A stretch of 64,000 nucleotides of DNA, from the NCBI GenBank assembly GCA_026985555.1, contig JALSQF010000003.1, positions 62,605 to 126,604 of the forward strand, written 5' to 3'. This DNA comes from Candidatus Moraniibacteriota bacterium. GTDB lineage: Bacteria; Patescibacteriota; Minisyncoccia; Moranbacterales; UBA9337. Each line of letters opens with the position of its first letter. Positions within the stretch are counted from its first letter, which is position 1. This document shows positions 9,801 through 18,546 of this stretch, piece by piece. The notes beneath the pieces are model-generated. The model was not told the DNA's origin. It did not search any database and saw only the letters and a list, made by a program, of their open reading frames with translations. The position numbers and the translations under genes were made by a program.

Positions 9801-11855
9801 AGCGCTTTGCAAGGCGAGTATAATGGAAAATCAATTTTATCATATCTTGGCAAAGAGAAAGATCCTCAAATGCCAGCAGGTGTATTTTTAAAATTTTTAG
9901 AAAGTGATATAAATTTAGAGATAAAAGAAGCTGAAAGTATTATTCCTCAAAAAGCGGAAAATATTTTTGAAGAAAGTGGCATTGATCCAGTGGAATTATA
10001 CATTATTGCAGGACAAGGAAATGTTTCCGATGAAGACGTAATTAAAGTATTAAAAGAAAGACGAAAAAATAAGAAAGAAATTAGTTTAAATACAAGAGAA
10101 CTTATTGAAGAACAAATTAAAAAAGAAATTAGAGGACAATCCTCAGAAGAAGGAATTTATGTGAGGGAGATTTTTCAAAATGTTGGGGATGCAGTTTTAA
10201 AACAAAATCCAAATGTTTCTGAAAGAAATCAATTTAATATTTCTATTTGGCAAGAACAAGATACGAAAACAAACCAGTTATTTTTTGTAGAAAAATATGA
10301 AGATCATGGAATTGGTATTTCTTCTTTGGCTACTCTTTTAGTGGCTAAAATAAATAATAAAAAAGATGGAGATGCTGGATATTTCGGCAGTGGTTTTTTG
10401 TCTACTATGGAAGATGGGGATATTTTAGAAATAAAAACATCAACAGGAAATGGAGAAACAAAATATATTCAAATTAAAATTAAAAAAGGAGATGATCAAA
10501 AAGGAGTTGGATTTGATATTACTCAATATAAAAAAATAAATGAATCTTATCAAGGGACAACTATTATTAGAAAAACAGAGATGAATAAAAGCAAAATTAC
10601 GGAACTTGAGTTTGGGTTACTGGAAGCAAATATATTAAAAAACACTGCACTCTGGCAGGTTGATTTAGGCGACGGACAGCATATTGAGACATATCTTAAT
10701 GGCACGAAGATAGAAAAGCAAAGTATTACAAAGCAAGCGGAAACTTTTGAGCTTGATGGACAAGAGTATATGGTTAAACTGGAGCAAGGAAAATTTTCTC
10801 AAGTAGCACACGGAGATGGATTACGAATGAGTAATCTTGAACAGCGGTATTTGGAATTGGTTCCTAAACAAATTCAAGATATTTTTAAGGATTTAAATTT
10901 ATCAATAGTTTTAGATAAAAAGCTTCCTTTAATTAAAGATAGAAGTAGATTAGCTCAAGAGCAAAAATTTTTAAAGAAAATCCAGAAGAGTATTGCTAGA
11001 GCATCTGTTAAAATAGTGGCAAAAGAATTGTTAACTTCTCGGCGTAAGTTTGTTGGGTGGTCGGATGATTATTTCAATAATCCAAATTATCACTTATCCT
11101 ATGATAATCAAGATGGTGAAAGGATTGTAAGGTTAGCTAAACAACTTAATTCAGGAGCTGAATTATCAGATAGTGACTGGCAATGGCTTTCTGATGAAAA
11201 TGATTCAACATCAAAATTAGCTCGTTTAGTTGTTTTAGTAGAAGTGGATTATCAAAAAGAAAAAGTAACCTTGCATAATGAAAGAATAAAGATGTTGCAA
11301 AGAATTCAAGAAGAGATACAAGATAGTAAATTGTTCGCTATTTTACAAAAAGAAAAGGCAAGTTTAGAAAATACTTACACTTCACTATCAAGTAGTAATG
11401 CAAATGTTTATAGTAATATTTTTCCTTCATTTAAGAAGAGCATGATTGTTGCTATGGCAAACTTAGAACAGAGTGAGAATAAGGTTGATGATAATAATTT
11501 AAATCAATCGGAGAAAAAAAGATTAAATTCTTTAAAAGAAATCATTGCTTTACTTTATGGAAATAGGTTAAAAATTGAAGTAATAGAAAATAGCAAAAAA
11601 GCTGGTTATTTTCAAAGAAATCCACTGGGTAAAGATATTTTTGCAATTAATAGAATTATTTTAAATTCTTCCACAAAAAATCTAATAAAAACAGTTGTCC
11701 ATGAGTTAGCTCATTATGAAGAAGGAACCGAAAATCATGGATATAATTTTTCACATCAGGTAAAGGGTGTATTTGGGGATAAATATCGCGAAGTTTGTAA
11801 TTCTTTGTTAGGTTTAATTATTCAAAAGACTCCAATTTTGAAGCAAACTTTATGA
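6834..11855 (+). CDS. giant multidomain protein with two GHKL/Bergerat ATPase-like modules, an internal tandem repeat array and a C-terminal HExxH motif
   Basis: Module 1 has EAVSNALDAM (Hsp90-like N box) and IIDGGVGMDAKTLSTMFVPRAGTKK (G1 box). Module 2 has REIFQNVGDAV, EDHGIGISS and GYFGSGF. The C-terminus has VVHELAHYEEGTENH. Confidence 0.6.
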   Translation: MEQIKFFKKPKNLEAGEELFKLFENKDSIFLDALNKVIQGKDWVDEQKNRVNNFSGSLQDYLKLTEINGVSRVGALKILKGLLKEIRKSKKEAISDVEKKKQIYLPLSYIEKINLSEIDLQEGDLWKAYQEFWNSLPDEEKKFYKFKDEIVISRQSPDAKKQAVVEAVSNALDAMRNVQIGEKGLGIKQLLSYVDDGGEIIIKSKKDGDRARLLNIKKGADNDYYSSIKNIDNFPSTSGTIVSVKLKKELTPERIKEIEKQIKYTFRLTLGAQLILNGEVINNYQKIKNLKGKTASEYESTKIVRVDIKNDKIQIIDGGVGMDAKTLSTMFVPRAGTKKMAIKKDKSFPEVWLLEDEVNQGKVFFSRGNEILEDADLKNSKYLNYSQNGLLLEGPNFRVPESRQGIFLDETFLNTINKIVTEILNSNKLAQEKAQLLNSILIYLDEQMQKKNLGDKQKNKEQNSEILTHIKKIKKQAQPLIQELQQEYILLPNHQKWQNLDLDNSKSNKELFYLNERLFDFKIESIPGVERAEYFRGAKVYGVDFKELDLKDNKFIEYRGSYLFDKRVLQIYEQETDDFKKESLEELIELSLNPIITSYDEKEIHILRKILIKKQSVKKNNKEKQREQVETIQNSVLSDLFLKEYKELNKKMGTCHEVTYLENGLFGLRFEKGFVLLDKNSQEKMSIDNMGACYEVTQLENGLIGLGFEHGFVLLDQNSQEKMRIDDMGNCFWLTSLENGLIGLGFEHGFVLLDQNSQEKMRIDDMGNCFWLTSLENGLIGLRFEDGFQTLDYYHFSQKIIGQVNENELVVQIKNIINSLDDSLIDKTDIEEILISRVRNKLKEIEKNEQDFEGINNLLSKPEQLSQVFSYLQKKEQQFQEYQISTYLRNTILSLMTDPKTTEQLFSKLEDNSLQVEMVLSIQKFKLLENNIEEFSNLLKDIDNLYERNFFYSIVDKYLNNIDKSKQDIGLLLDKLSRIKQASIFTTFKSALQGEYNGKSILSYLGKEKDPQMPAGVFLKFLESDINLEIKEAESIIPQKAENIFEESGIDPVELYIIAGQGNVSDEDVIKVLKERRKNKKEISLNTRELIEEQIKKEIRGQSSEEGIYVREIFQNVGDAVLKQNPNVSERNQFNISIWQEQDTKTNQLFFVEKYEDHGIGISSLATLLVAKINNKKDGDAGYFGSGFLSTMEDGDILEIKTSTGNGETKYIQIKIKKGDDQKGVGFDITQYKKINESYQGTTIIRKTEMNKSKITELEFGLLEANILKNTALWQVDLGDGQHIETYLNGTKIEKQSITKQAETFELDGQEYMVKLEQGKFSQVAHGDGLRMSNLEQRYLELVPKQIQDIFKDLNLSIVLDKKLPLIKDRSRLAQEQKFLKKIQKSIARASVKIVAKELLTSRRKFVGWSDDYFNNPNYHLSYDNQDGERIVRLAKQLNSGAELSDSDWQWLSDENDSTSKLARLVVLVEVDYQKEKVTLHNERIKMLQRIQEEIQDSKLFAILQKEKASLENTYTSLSSSNANVYSNIFPSFKKSMIVAMANLEQSENKVDDNNLNQSEKKRLNSLKEIIALLYGNRLKIEVIENSKKAGYFQRNPLGKDIFAINRIILNSSTKNLIKTVVHELAHYEEGTENHGYNFSHQVKGVFGDKYREVCNSLLGLIIQKTPILKQTL
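8787..9230 (+). repeat. tandem 114-bp (38-aa) coding repeats, about 3.8 copies
   Basis: Units start at 8787, 8901, 9015 and 9129. Units 3 and 4 are identical over about 90 nt. Each encodes MGxC..LENGLIGLGFEHGFVLLDQNSQEKM. Confidence 0.9.
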
Positions 11856-11893
11856 TTTTAGTTAGAATTTTTTTAACTTAGTGTATAGTAAGC

Positions 11894-11938
11894 AAAAGTT
11901 TTAGATACTTATGGTAAAAAAACTAAATTTAAAAAATG
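11894..11938 (+). repeat. 45-bp direct repeat, copy A (copy B is at 12492-12535)
   Basis: aaaagttttagatacttatggtaaaaaa...aaaaaatg is repeated about 600 bp downstream at the 3' end of the GNAT gene. Confidence 0.8.
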
Positions 11939-12009
11939 ATTACAAAAAAATATGATACAGACAAGTAAAAAAGATTTATATTAATTTACAATATATCAAA
12001 TAGCAACAT

Positions 12010-12543
12010 ATGGAGAAACAAATTGAAATTTCAAGAGAAAAAAATGAACAAGGCGGGCAATTTGAATTGTTGAAACCAAATCAATTGCGGGATATAATAT
12101 ATCAAGACAAAAATTGGCCTGTAGATAATAGATTTTTTAGCACAGAAGAAGGAGGGGTTTTTAGATTTTTTTCACCAAGAGTATTCACTAGGCGTGATTT
12201 AAATGAATATAAATTTCCGGTAATTAAAGAAGATAGTCTGATTGTAGCGTTAGGGGTATTAGAAAAATCACCTTATAATGAAAATATTATATGGGTTAAA
12301 AGTGTTGCTGTTGATAAAAAATTTAGAGGAAAAGGATATGGCAAAAAAATAGTTGATGGTATATTTCAATATGCTCAAGACAATAATTTCATCTTGCAAT
12401 TATCTTCATTTACGGATGAGCGCAAACATAAAGAAAGTAATAGTAGGATAAAATATATTACTCAAGAAATTATGAGAAAATATCCACAAGTAAAAGTTTT
12501 AGATACTTATGGTAAAAAATTGAATTTAAAAAATGGAAATTAA
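12010..12543 (+). CDS. GNAT-family N-acetyltransferase
   Basis: VAVDKKFRGKGYGKKIV matches the acetyl-CoA binding motif (R/Q-x-x-G-x-G/A). Confidence 0.55.
   Translation: MEKQIEISREKNEQGGQFELLKPNQLRDIIYQDKNWPVDNRFFSTEEGGVFRFFSPRVFTRRDLNEYKFPVIKEDSLIVALGVLEKSPYNENIIWVKSVAVDKKFRGKGYGKKIVDGIFQYAQDNNFILQLSSFTDERKHKESNSRIKYITQEIMRKYPQVKVLDTYGKKLNLKNGN
12492..12535 (+). repeat. 45-bp direct repeat, copy B
   Basis: About 90% identical to 11894-11938. Confidence 0.8.
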
Positions 12544-13100
12544 AACACTCTGAGAATAATTTAGAAAAATTTGGGGTGATGAAAATTATTATTAGAGAAT
12601 TATTATAGAAGAGAATATTTTTGGCAATTTGTGCCATTAAAAAATGCATTTAAAGATAAAAGCAAACATATAGATAAAGAATTAAAAAAATAGTTAGGAA
12701 TTTCTCCACTTTTTACTAGTGTGATGATTTTAAATTATAATTTAAAGAATGCGTCAATTTGGTAAAAAAAATACAAAAAAATAAAAATGATTTACAACTT
12801 GTTAAAAAAAATAATATTATAAAACTACACACCATCCAAATAAAAATAAAAGTTTATGAGTAAGCAAATAAAAGTTATTGCTAGTGTAGTTATTTTATTA
12901 ATAACGGTATTTAAAGAAACAAAATTTTTTTAAGTATGCTATTTATAAAACAAAAAGAAAAACCTAAAAATTTTATTTTAAATAAACCATATTGGATTAT
13001 AATGAAAAGAGCTAACTCTTTAAATTCTTATTTTATTTTAGGAGTAAGAAACTTACAATTGATGGATGTTAAAAAAAATAAAAGCAATAGATTAATTTTT

Positions 13101-13688
13101 TTATTGTAATTTTTTATAAGTCATCTTTTTAAGATTTTTCCACCACTCAGTAAAAGTCGTTTGCTTCATTTCTTGTATAATTTGTTTAGCGGAAGTAGTT
13201 TCTAAAGCTTTTTCTACATTATCAATCCAATTTTGAGCAGAATAATAGCCAAGATCTAAATATTCTTTGGCTTGAAAAGCAGTTTCTAACCAATCGGCAT
13301 CTTTAGATATAATTCCTTCGGGAGTGTTTCTTTTTTCAAATTCATTAAAATATTCTTTCCACTTTCTTTCAATTTGTTCTCCTAAATCTGATATTTGTTC
13401 TTGAAAAGCTTTTTCTTCTGCTTCTTTTTTGGAAAAATAGCGAGCAGAAACTTTATTTTGATCGCCAATTCTAGCTTCTACATTGTCGTGTATAATCAAC
13501 ATAGTAGCTACTTTTTCTGCATTGGCATTTTCCATTGTGGCTAAAATATAACCAATTTGAGCAGCTCTTAAAGAGTGTTCAGCTACAGAAGGCGGATTAT
13601 TAACTCCAGCTAAATACCAGCCACTGGTTTTTCTCTGTTTGAGTTGATTGATTTCAAAGATGAAATTAACTATTTTTTTTATGTTCAT
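13101..13688 (-). CDS. HD-domain phosphohydrolase (YfbR-like 5'-deoxynucleotidase family)
   Basis: VAEHSLRAAQIGY ... IHDNVEARIGD HD motif. Confidence 0.7.
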   Translation of the reverse strand: MNIKKIVNFIFEINQLKQRKTSGWYLAGVNNPPSVAEHSLRAAQIGYILATMENANAEKVATMLIIHDNVEARIGDQNKVSARYFSKKEAEEKAFQEQISDLGEQIERKWKEYFNEFEKRNTPEGIISKDADWLETAFQAKEYLDLGYYSAQNWIDNVEKALETTSAKQIIQEMKQTTFTEWWKNLKKMTYKKLQ

Positions 13689-13705
13689 AAATTTAAAATA
13701 AGTTA

Positions 13706-14149
13706 TTATTTACCCATAATTTGAAGCGCTATTTGACGTTGACGAGAACGATCTAATTCAATAAAAAAGATTCTTTGCCAAGTACCTAATTGTAACTCAT
13801 TATTAACAATGTTTAGTAAGACAGAGGTAGGCAAATGAATAGCTTTATTGTGAGCGTGTCCATTAGCGCATTCTCCATCACACATATTAACTGTTCTGAT
13901 TTCAAAATTATCGTGTTGATAATTATAATTTTGAGGAGCTAATTTATTCAGTAAGTTTTTCATATCTTCTATTAAAAGAGGTTCAGCTTCATTAACAATA
14001 ACAGCAGTGGTTGTGTGTAAAGTTTGTATGTTGATAAGACCATTTTTAATGTTAGCTTCTTTTATTTTGCTTTGAATTTTATCTGTAATATCAATAAACT
14101 CTAAAGTTTCTTTAGTTGTTAATTTAATTATCTGGTTTTTAATTTGCAT
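13706..14149 (-). CDS. YjbQ/UPF0047 family protein
   Basis: TTAVIVNE ... GTWQRIFFIELD are conserved blocks of this family. Confidence 0.65.
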   Translation of the reverse strand: MQIKNQIIKLTTKETLEFIDITDKIQSKIKEANIKNGLINIQTLHTTTAVIVNEAEPLLIEDMKNLLNKLAPQNYNYQHDNFEIRTVNMCDGECANGHAHNKAIHLPTSVLLNIVNNELQLGTWQRIFFIELDRSRQRQIALQIMGK

Positions 14150-14285
14150 AATTGGTTTATTATTAACTAAAGATGATAAAAATATTTTAGCATAAAATAA
14201 ATAAAAATACTATGCATTTGAATCATTAAATTAACCGTAAAATAGAGCATTCAAAATGATTTAAAGGATAGAGATTTTAAAAAAT

Positions 14286-14335
14286 CTTCTGGCTATTTAA
14301 ATATCCATTTAAATGGATATTTAAATAGCCAGAAG
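14286..14335. repeat. 48-bp palindrome copy 2 (50 bp with its extended arms)
   Basis: Identical core to copy 1, in the divergent intergenic region. Confidence 0.95.
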
Positions 14336-14359
14336 GCAAAGAAAACTTGATTTTTTAAA

Positions 14360-14641
14360 TTGATTTATTTAAGTTTAAATAAACTATTAAAGGAGGAATA
14401 TGCAATGAAAAAAATAGTTTCCTTGACAGAGAGAATAAAAAAAGAGAACGAAATGGATGAAGATTTAACTGTTCTTTTAAAAAGAGCGCAAAGATTAAAA
14501 AAGAAACAGCTAGTGGAATATTATGGAGATATCATTTTAATTAAGGATGATCTGGAAAAATTTTTAACGAAAGAAATTAATGGTTATTTAATTAACGAAA
14601 GACTAATTAAGCATAGTTTTTTTGCGCAGGTATTTATTTAG
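14360..14641 (+). CDS. hypothetical small protein
   Basis: ORF with an AGGAGG RBS; no recognisable motif. Confidence 0.35.
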   Translation: MIYLSLNKLLKEEYAMKKIVSLTERIKKENEMDEDLTVLLKRAQRLKKKQLVEYYGDIILIKDDLEKFLTKEINGYLINERLIKHSFFAQVFI

Positions 14642-14688
14642 CAAAATTAATAACTAAATTTTTACATTCTAACTTAAAAAGTTATTAC

Positions 14689-14943
14689 GTGGTTGATTTT
14701 TTAATGGAAGCCGAGGAAAAAAAATCTAGTTTGGCATTACAAAAAGGAGGAGACTTTTGTTTATTAATGTTAATTTTCTTTCCAGAATTAGCTTGTTGTA
14801 AAGGAAAAACGCCTAAATATGTTTTTACATTAGGCAAAACTTTTTATTACAATTTTTATTTAACAAGTGAGAATGTAATAGGATATTATTTGTCTTCTAA
14901 TTTTTTAGAATTAATTCAAATAGGAAAAAATATCATTCAATAA
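14689..14943 (+). CDS. hypothetical small protein
   Basis: ORF only. Confidence 0.25.
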   Translation: MVDFLMEAEEKKSSLALQKGGDFCLLMLIFFPELACCKGKTPKYVFTLGKTFYYNFYLTSENVIGYYLSSNFLELIQIGKNIIQ

Positions 14944-14987
14944 CTAAAAAGCGGTTTAAAGCCACTTTTTTAATATTGAAGATATTT

Positions 14988-16646
14988 TTAAAGATAATAT
15001 TCTTTTTTTATTTCTTGGTCTGTTTTTTCTTTTTCTGAATTTATTTTTTGGCGAGCAATTTGGCGCAGTGTTTTTAAATCTTTTTTTTGAAGTTGGCGAG
15101 CATAATTTAAAAGTTTCTCTTTTTGATTAAAGCGCGGATTTTCAAGAACCTTAGCTAAAAGTATCTCTAAAAGGGCGCCTACTATTGGACCAGGTTTTAT
15201 TTTTAATTTTTGAATAATATCATGGCCATTGATTTTAAGTTGTTTAACGGAAAGAGGATCATGAGAAAGTTTTTTTACCATATATTGAAAATGGCGCAAT
15301 TTATAAGGAACAGCTTTAGGAACACCGCTTCCTAAACGATCGCTGATCCTAACATCAATTAAATCATTAATATTTTCTAGGCCTACTTTTTGAATAACTC
15401 TTCTTACTCCGTGTTCTCCTACCTTATCAACATCGTAATAAAACATATGATTTTTTACCAACAAAACCGTTTTATCAATAATTTTACGAGGAAATTTCAA
15501 ACGTTCTAGGATTTTTTGGGTTATTCTAGCGCCTATGTATTCATGTCCATAGAAAGTAGCATAGTAGCCTTCTCCTTTTTTGGCTTGAGGTTTACCTATA
15601 TCATGAAGCCAAGCGGCTAAACGAACTTCTAATTTACGGGAGGGACATTTTTTTAAGCTAGCCAACATATGTTTATAGACGGTGTTATAGGGTCCGTAAT
15701 AATGATGGCGATTTTGTTTTATCCCAATGGTCTTATAAATTTCGGGAATAATATATTTCATTAAATTTGTTTCTACTAACAATTCTATTCCCCAAGCGGG
15801 ACGTTGAGATAAAATTATTTTTTCTAGTTCATCACGAATACGTTCCGAAGAAATATATTTTAAAAGGTGGCTATTTTTTTGAATAGCTGAAAAAGTTTCT
15901 TTTTCTATTCTCCAAAGATTTTTATTTAAAGACTGCTGGTTTTGTTTTCCTTGACCTTCTCTGTTTTTAAGAAAATCTAAACTATCTCCTTGGCTTAATT
16001 GAGAGGTAAATCTAATGGCGCGCATCATTCTTAAAGCATCTTCATTAAAGCGATCATTAGGGTTAGCAACAGTGCGAATAAGATGTTTTTTTAAATCTTT
16101 TTTTCCTTGATAAAGATCTATAATTTTAAATTGAGAAGGAGTAAAAATTTTTAAAGCCATAGCGTTAATGGTAAAATCTCTCCGACTTAAATCTTCCTTT
16201 AATGTTTGAGCAAAGCGAATTTTATCAGGACGGCGATAGTCAGAATAAGTTGATTCAATACGATAGGTAGTAATTTCAATATTTCCAGTTTGATCCCAAT
16301 CATTAGATTTGTTTGATTCCCCTCTTTTTCTTTTTGTATTTGAATTACCTTTTTGCTTTTTTTTCTGGAAAGTTTTTTCTTTTTTTGAGGGAATATATTT
16401 AACTGGCAATATTACTGTTCCAAAATTATTTTCATATTTTGCTTCTGGAAAAACTTTTAAAATATCTTTTGGTTTAGCGTTGGTGGTAATATCCCAATCT
16501 TGCGGTTCTTTATTTAAAAGTAAATCTCTTACGCATCCTCCCACCAAAAAAGCTTCCCAGCCAGCTTGTTCTAACTGAGACAGAGTAAATAATATTTTAG
16601 GTGGTATCTTATTAAGCATAATTTTATAGTAGCAAAGGCTTGACAA
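14988..16646 (-). CDS. cca: CCA-adding tRNA nucleotidyltransferase
   Basis: GGCVRDLLL polymerase-beta head motif and HDIGKP HD domain. A Lys-rich insertion is present. The alternative start is MLNK at 16619. Confidence 0.8.
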   Translation of the reverse strand: MSSLCYYKIMLNKIPPKILFTLSQLEQAGWEAFLVGGCVRDLLLNKEPQDWDITTNAKPKDILKVFPEAKYENNFGTVILPVKYIPSKKEKTFQKKKQKGNSNTKRKRGESNKSNDWDQTGNIEITTYRIESTYSDYRRPDKIRFAQTLKEDLSRRDFTINAMALKIFTPSQFKIIDLYQGKKDLKKHLIRTVANPNDRFNEDALRMMRAIRFTSQLSQGDSLDFLKNREGQGKQNQQSLNKNLWRIEKETFSAIQKNSHLLKYISSERIRDELEKIILSQRPAWGIELLVETNLMKYIIPEIYKTIGIKQNRHHYYGPYNTVYKHMLASLKKCPSRKLEVRLAAWLHDIGKPQAKKGEGYYATFYGHEYIGARITQKILERLKFPRKIIDKTVLLVKNHMFYYDVDKVGEHGVRRVIQKVGLENINDLIDVRISDRLGSGVPKAVPYKLRHFQYMVKKLSHDPLSVKQLKINGHDIIQKLKIKPGPIVGALLEILLAKVLENPRFNQKEKLLNYARQLQKKDLKTLRQIARQKINSEKEKTDQEIKKEYYL

Positions 16647-16668
16647 AAAGTAAATTGTAAAGTAGTAT
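16640..16668 (+). promoter_or_regulatory. sigma70-like promoter TTGACA-N17-TAGTAT
   Basis: Consensus -35, 17-nt spacer, TAGTAT; about 130 nt upstream of the secreted-protein gene. Confidence 0.45.
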
Positions 16669-16801
16669 TTTAAATCACGTTATACATAGAAGGACTTTAA
16701 AAATAAAAGAAAAAGAAAAGGAGGTGAAGAAGTGAAGTTTTAAAATTTAAAAAAATTTTTTTATTTTGAAATTTGAAAAAAACAAAAAAAGGAGGATTAT
16801 T

Positions 16802-17758
16802 ATGAAAAGATCGTTTATTTTATTTTCGTTTATTTTGATGTTGCCGGCTATAGTTTTAGCTGGTCAGGCCAATTCCTCTTCTTCTGCTACTGCCAATGTG
16901 GGAGTGATGGCGGGAGGAGGATCGGCCAGTAGTTTCGCCGAAGGAGGAACGGCGGTAACAAACACCAATGTTTCTCCTAACATTTCGCCTAATATTAATG
17001 TGGACGTGGGAGTTAATCCCAATATCTCTCCGTCCATAAATCCTAGTCAGACTGTTTCGCCACAGACAAGATCTTCTGTGGCCATAGATAGTCATGACAA
17101 AATTGAGAACATTAACCGGCAACTGCCGGGGTCTCCTTTACTGGGAGGACCTAATGCCATGGAATATTTTGGTCCATGGCAGTTGCCGAAAACCCCCTGG
17201 AACGTATTTAGTCCTTATTTGGGCAGGTATGAAGTGCAAAATCCTGCCATTAGGATTGAATACGAAAAACTCTGGAAACATTTTTATCGGAATTACGAGA
17301 ATGTTTCCAGTGTAACCCAAGTCCCCTGGGGATCTGTATCTACTCAGGGGATGGTATTGGTGGGAGAAATGGCAGTCGTTCTTCATAAGGAACAGACCAG
17401 TGAAGATGGACTGCAAATTGCCCGTTATTTAGCTTCTGAGAATGGAGCTGACCTAGTGGAGTTTACACTGGGTTGGAATCAGCAGTCGGAAGCAGGAGGC
17501 TGGCACGTGGGCACCGGAGCTGGTGCCACCGGTGTTGTTGGTCCCCAGGAAAAAGTCGGAGTGTCTGGTGCCGGAGGGACCGGCGTAGGACATTCCTGGG
17601 TAAAAATAGAAACCTGTCCTTTCGTGAAAGCCAGATTCTGGCGCACTAAAGGGCAGGAGATAAAGATAAAAAAGATTACGTTAGAGACTAATAAGTCTCT
17701 TAGGCGTAATCATGTTCAAGAAAAATTTAAGACAATAAGAAAGGAGGGTAAGCAATGA
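16802..17758 (+). CDS. secreted Gly/Ser/Asn/Pro-rich protein with a GC-rich body
   Basis: AAGGAGG RBS. Signal peptide MKRSFILFSFILMLPAIVLAGQA. NISPNI repeats and Gly-rich tracts. GC is much higher than the flanks. Confidence 0.6.
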   Translation: MKRSFILFSFILMLPAIVLAGQANSSSSATANVGVMAGGGSASSFAEGGTAVTNTNVSPNISPNINVDVGVNPNISPSINPSQTVSPQTRSSVAIDSHDKIENINRQLPGSPLLGGPNAMEYFGPWQLPKTPWNVFSPYLGRYEVQNPAIRIEYEKLWKHFYRNYENVSSVTQVPWGSVSTQGMVLVGEMAVVLHKEQTSEDGLQIARYLASENGADLVEFTLGWNQQSEAGGWHVGTGAGATGVVGPQEKVGVSGAGGTGVGHSWVKIETCPFVKARFWRTKGQEIKIKKITLETNKSLRRNHVQEKFKTIRKEGKQ

Positions 17759-17883
17759 AAAAAATAAAAATTTTTATTTTGTGTTTAACGGCAACTCTTT
17801 TTCTCTCAGCCTGTGCTGGGGGAAAATACATTAATATTCAGCCCACTGCCCCTGTGGCAGGAACTGAAATTCCAGTGAAATAA
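17755..17883 (+). CDS. 42-aa lipoprotein
   Basis: AAGGAGGG RBS. ATGA start/stop overlap with the upstream gene. Lipobox LSAC. Confidence 0.5.
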   Translation: MKKIKIFILCLTATLFLSACAGGKYINIQPTAPVAGTEIPVK

Positions 17884-17889
17884 AAAAAT

Positions 17890-17998
17890 AAAGAGGAAAG
17901 AAAATCCATTTAGGATTTACTTTCCTCTTTTTTATTTCACTAAAAAATAAAAATAAAAAAGGAGGCCTATGTAAATACATAGTGCCTCCTGACCTGCT
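17890..17998. terminator. two hairpins between convergent genes (bidirectional terminator region)
   Basis: agaggaaag...ctttcctct followed by T-run; ggaggcctatgta...tacatagtgcctcc. Confidence 0.5.
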
Positions 17999-18000
17999 AA

Positions 18001-18546
18001 TTAATATGACACATTGACGCTAACCCCGCTGTTAAAATAAGAGTTAGCATTTCCGATGCTTTCAGCCCCGCCACCCGTTTGGGTGGTTATACTTACTCCG
18101 GGGGCAAAAACACCGGTGTAATTGTAGCCCTCTGTAAACCCAGCGGCGCGATGCTGGGTTTCTACGTATCCATTGGAACCGGCGTCCAGATAAATATTGA
18201 CGCCGTTGGTTCCAACGGTCCCTTTGAAACCATAAAAATTACTCTCTTCCGCAAAAACTGCGGAGCGAGAGTTACCCGTTCTGGCTCCGACTGTGGAGCC
18301 ATTCTGGTTTACCTCAACTCCTACTGGGAGATAATTTTCTCCCAGGATTACGCCTTGCTCGGCGTAATTATTTTGGGAAATAGAATTGATTACCGTAGGC
18401 ATGGGTCCGCCTACGGCCTCAATTCCGTTGTATGAGGAGGCACCGTTAAAAACGGTGACCCCCGTGGGCTGGGCCGCCAGGGCAAAACTGGCAAAACAGA
18501 AAATAGAAATTGAAAAAATTAAAGATAGAAAAAATTCCTTTTTCAT
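18001..18546 (-). CDS. secreted Gly/Asn/Tyr/Ser/Thr-rich protein with a GC-rich body
   Basis: AGGAGG RBS. Signal peptide ends ALAAQP. Composition is atypical for the genome. Confidence 0.6.
   Translation of the reverse strand: MKKEFFLSLIFSISIFCFASFALAAQPTGVTVFNGASSYNGIEAVGGPMPTVINSISQNNYAEQGVILGENYLPVGVEVNQNGSTVGARTGNSRSAVFAEESNFYGFKGTVGTNGVNIYLDAGSNGYVETQHRAAGFTEGYNYTGVFAPGVSITTQTGGGAESIGNANSYFNSGVSVNVSY

Noticed and set aside
16802-18546. Diversity-generating retroelement (reverse transcriptase plus template and variable repeats) targeting the Asn/Tyr/Ser/Thr-rich secreted proteins
   Set aside because: No reverse-transcriptase ORF (no YxDD motif) and no near-identical template/variable repeat pair are visible in this window. 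The composition alone is not enough.
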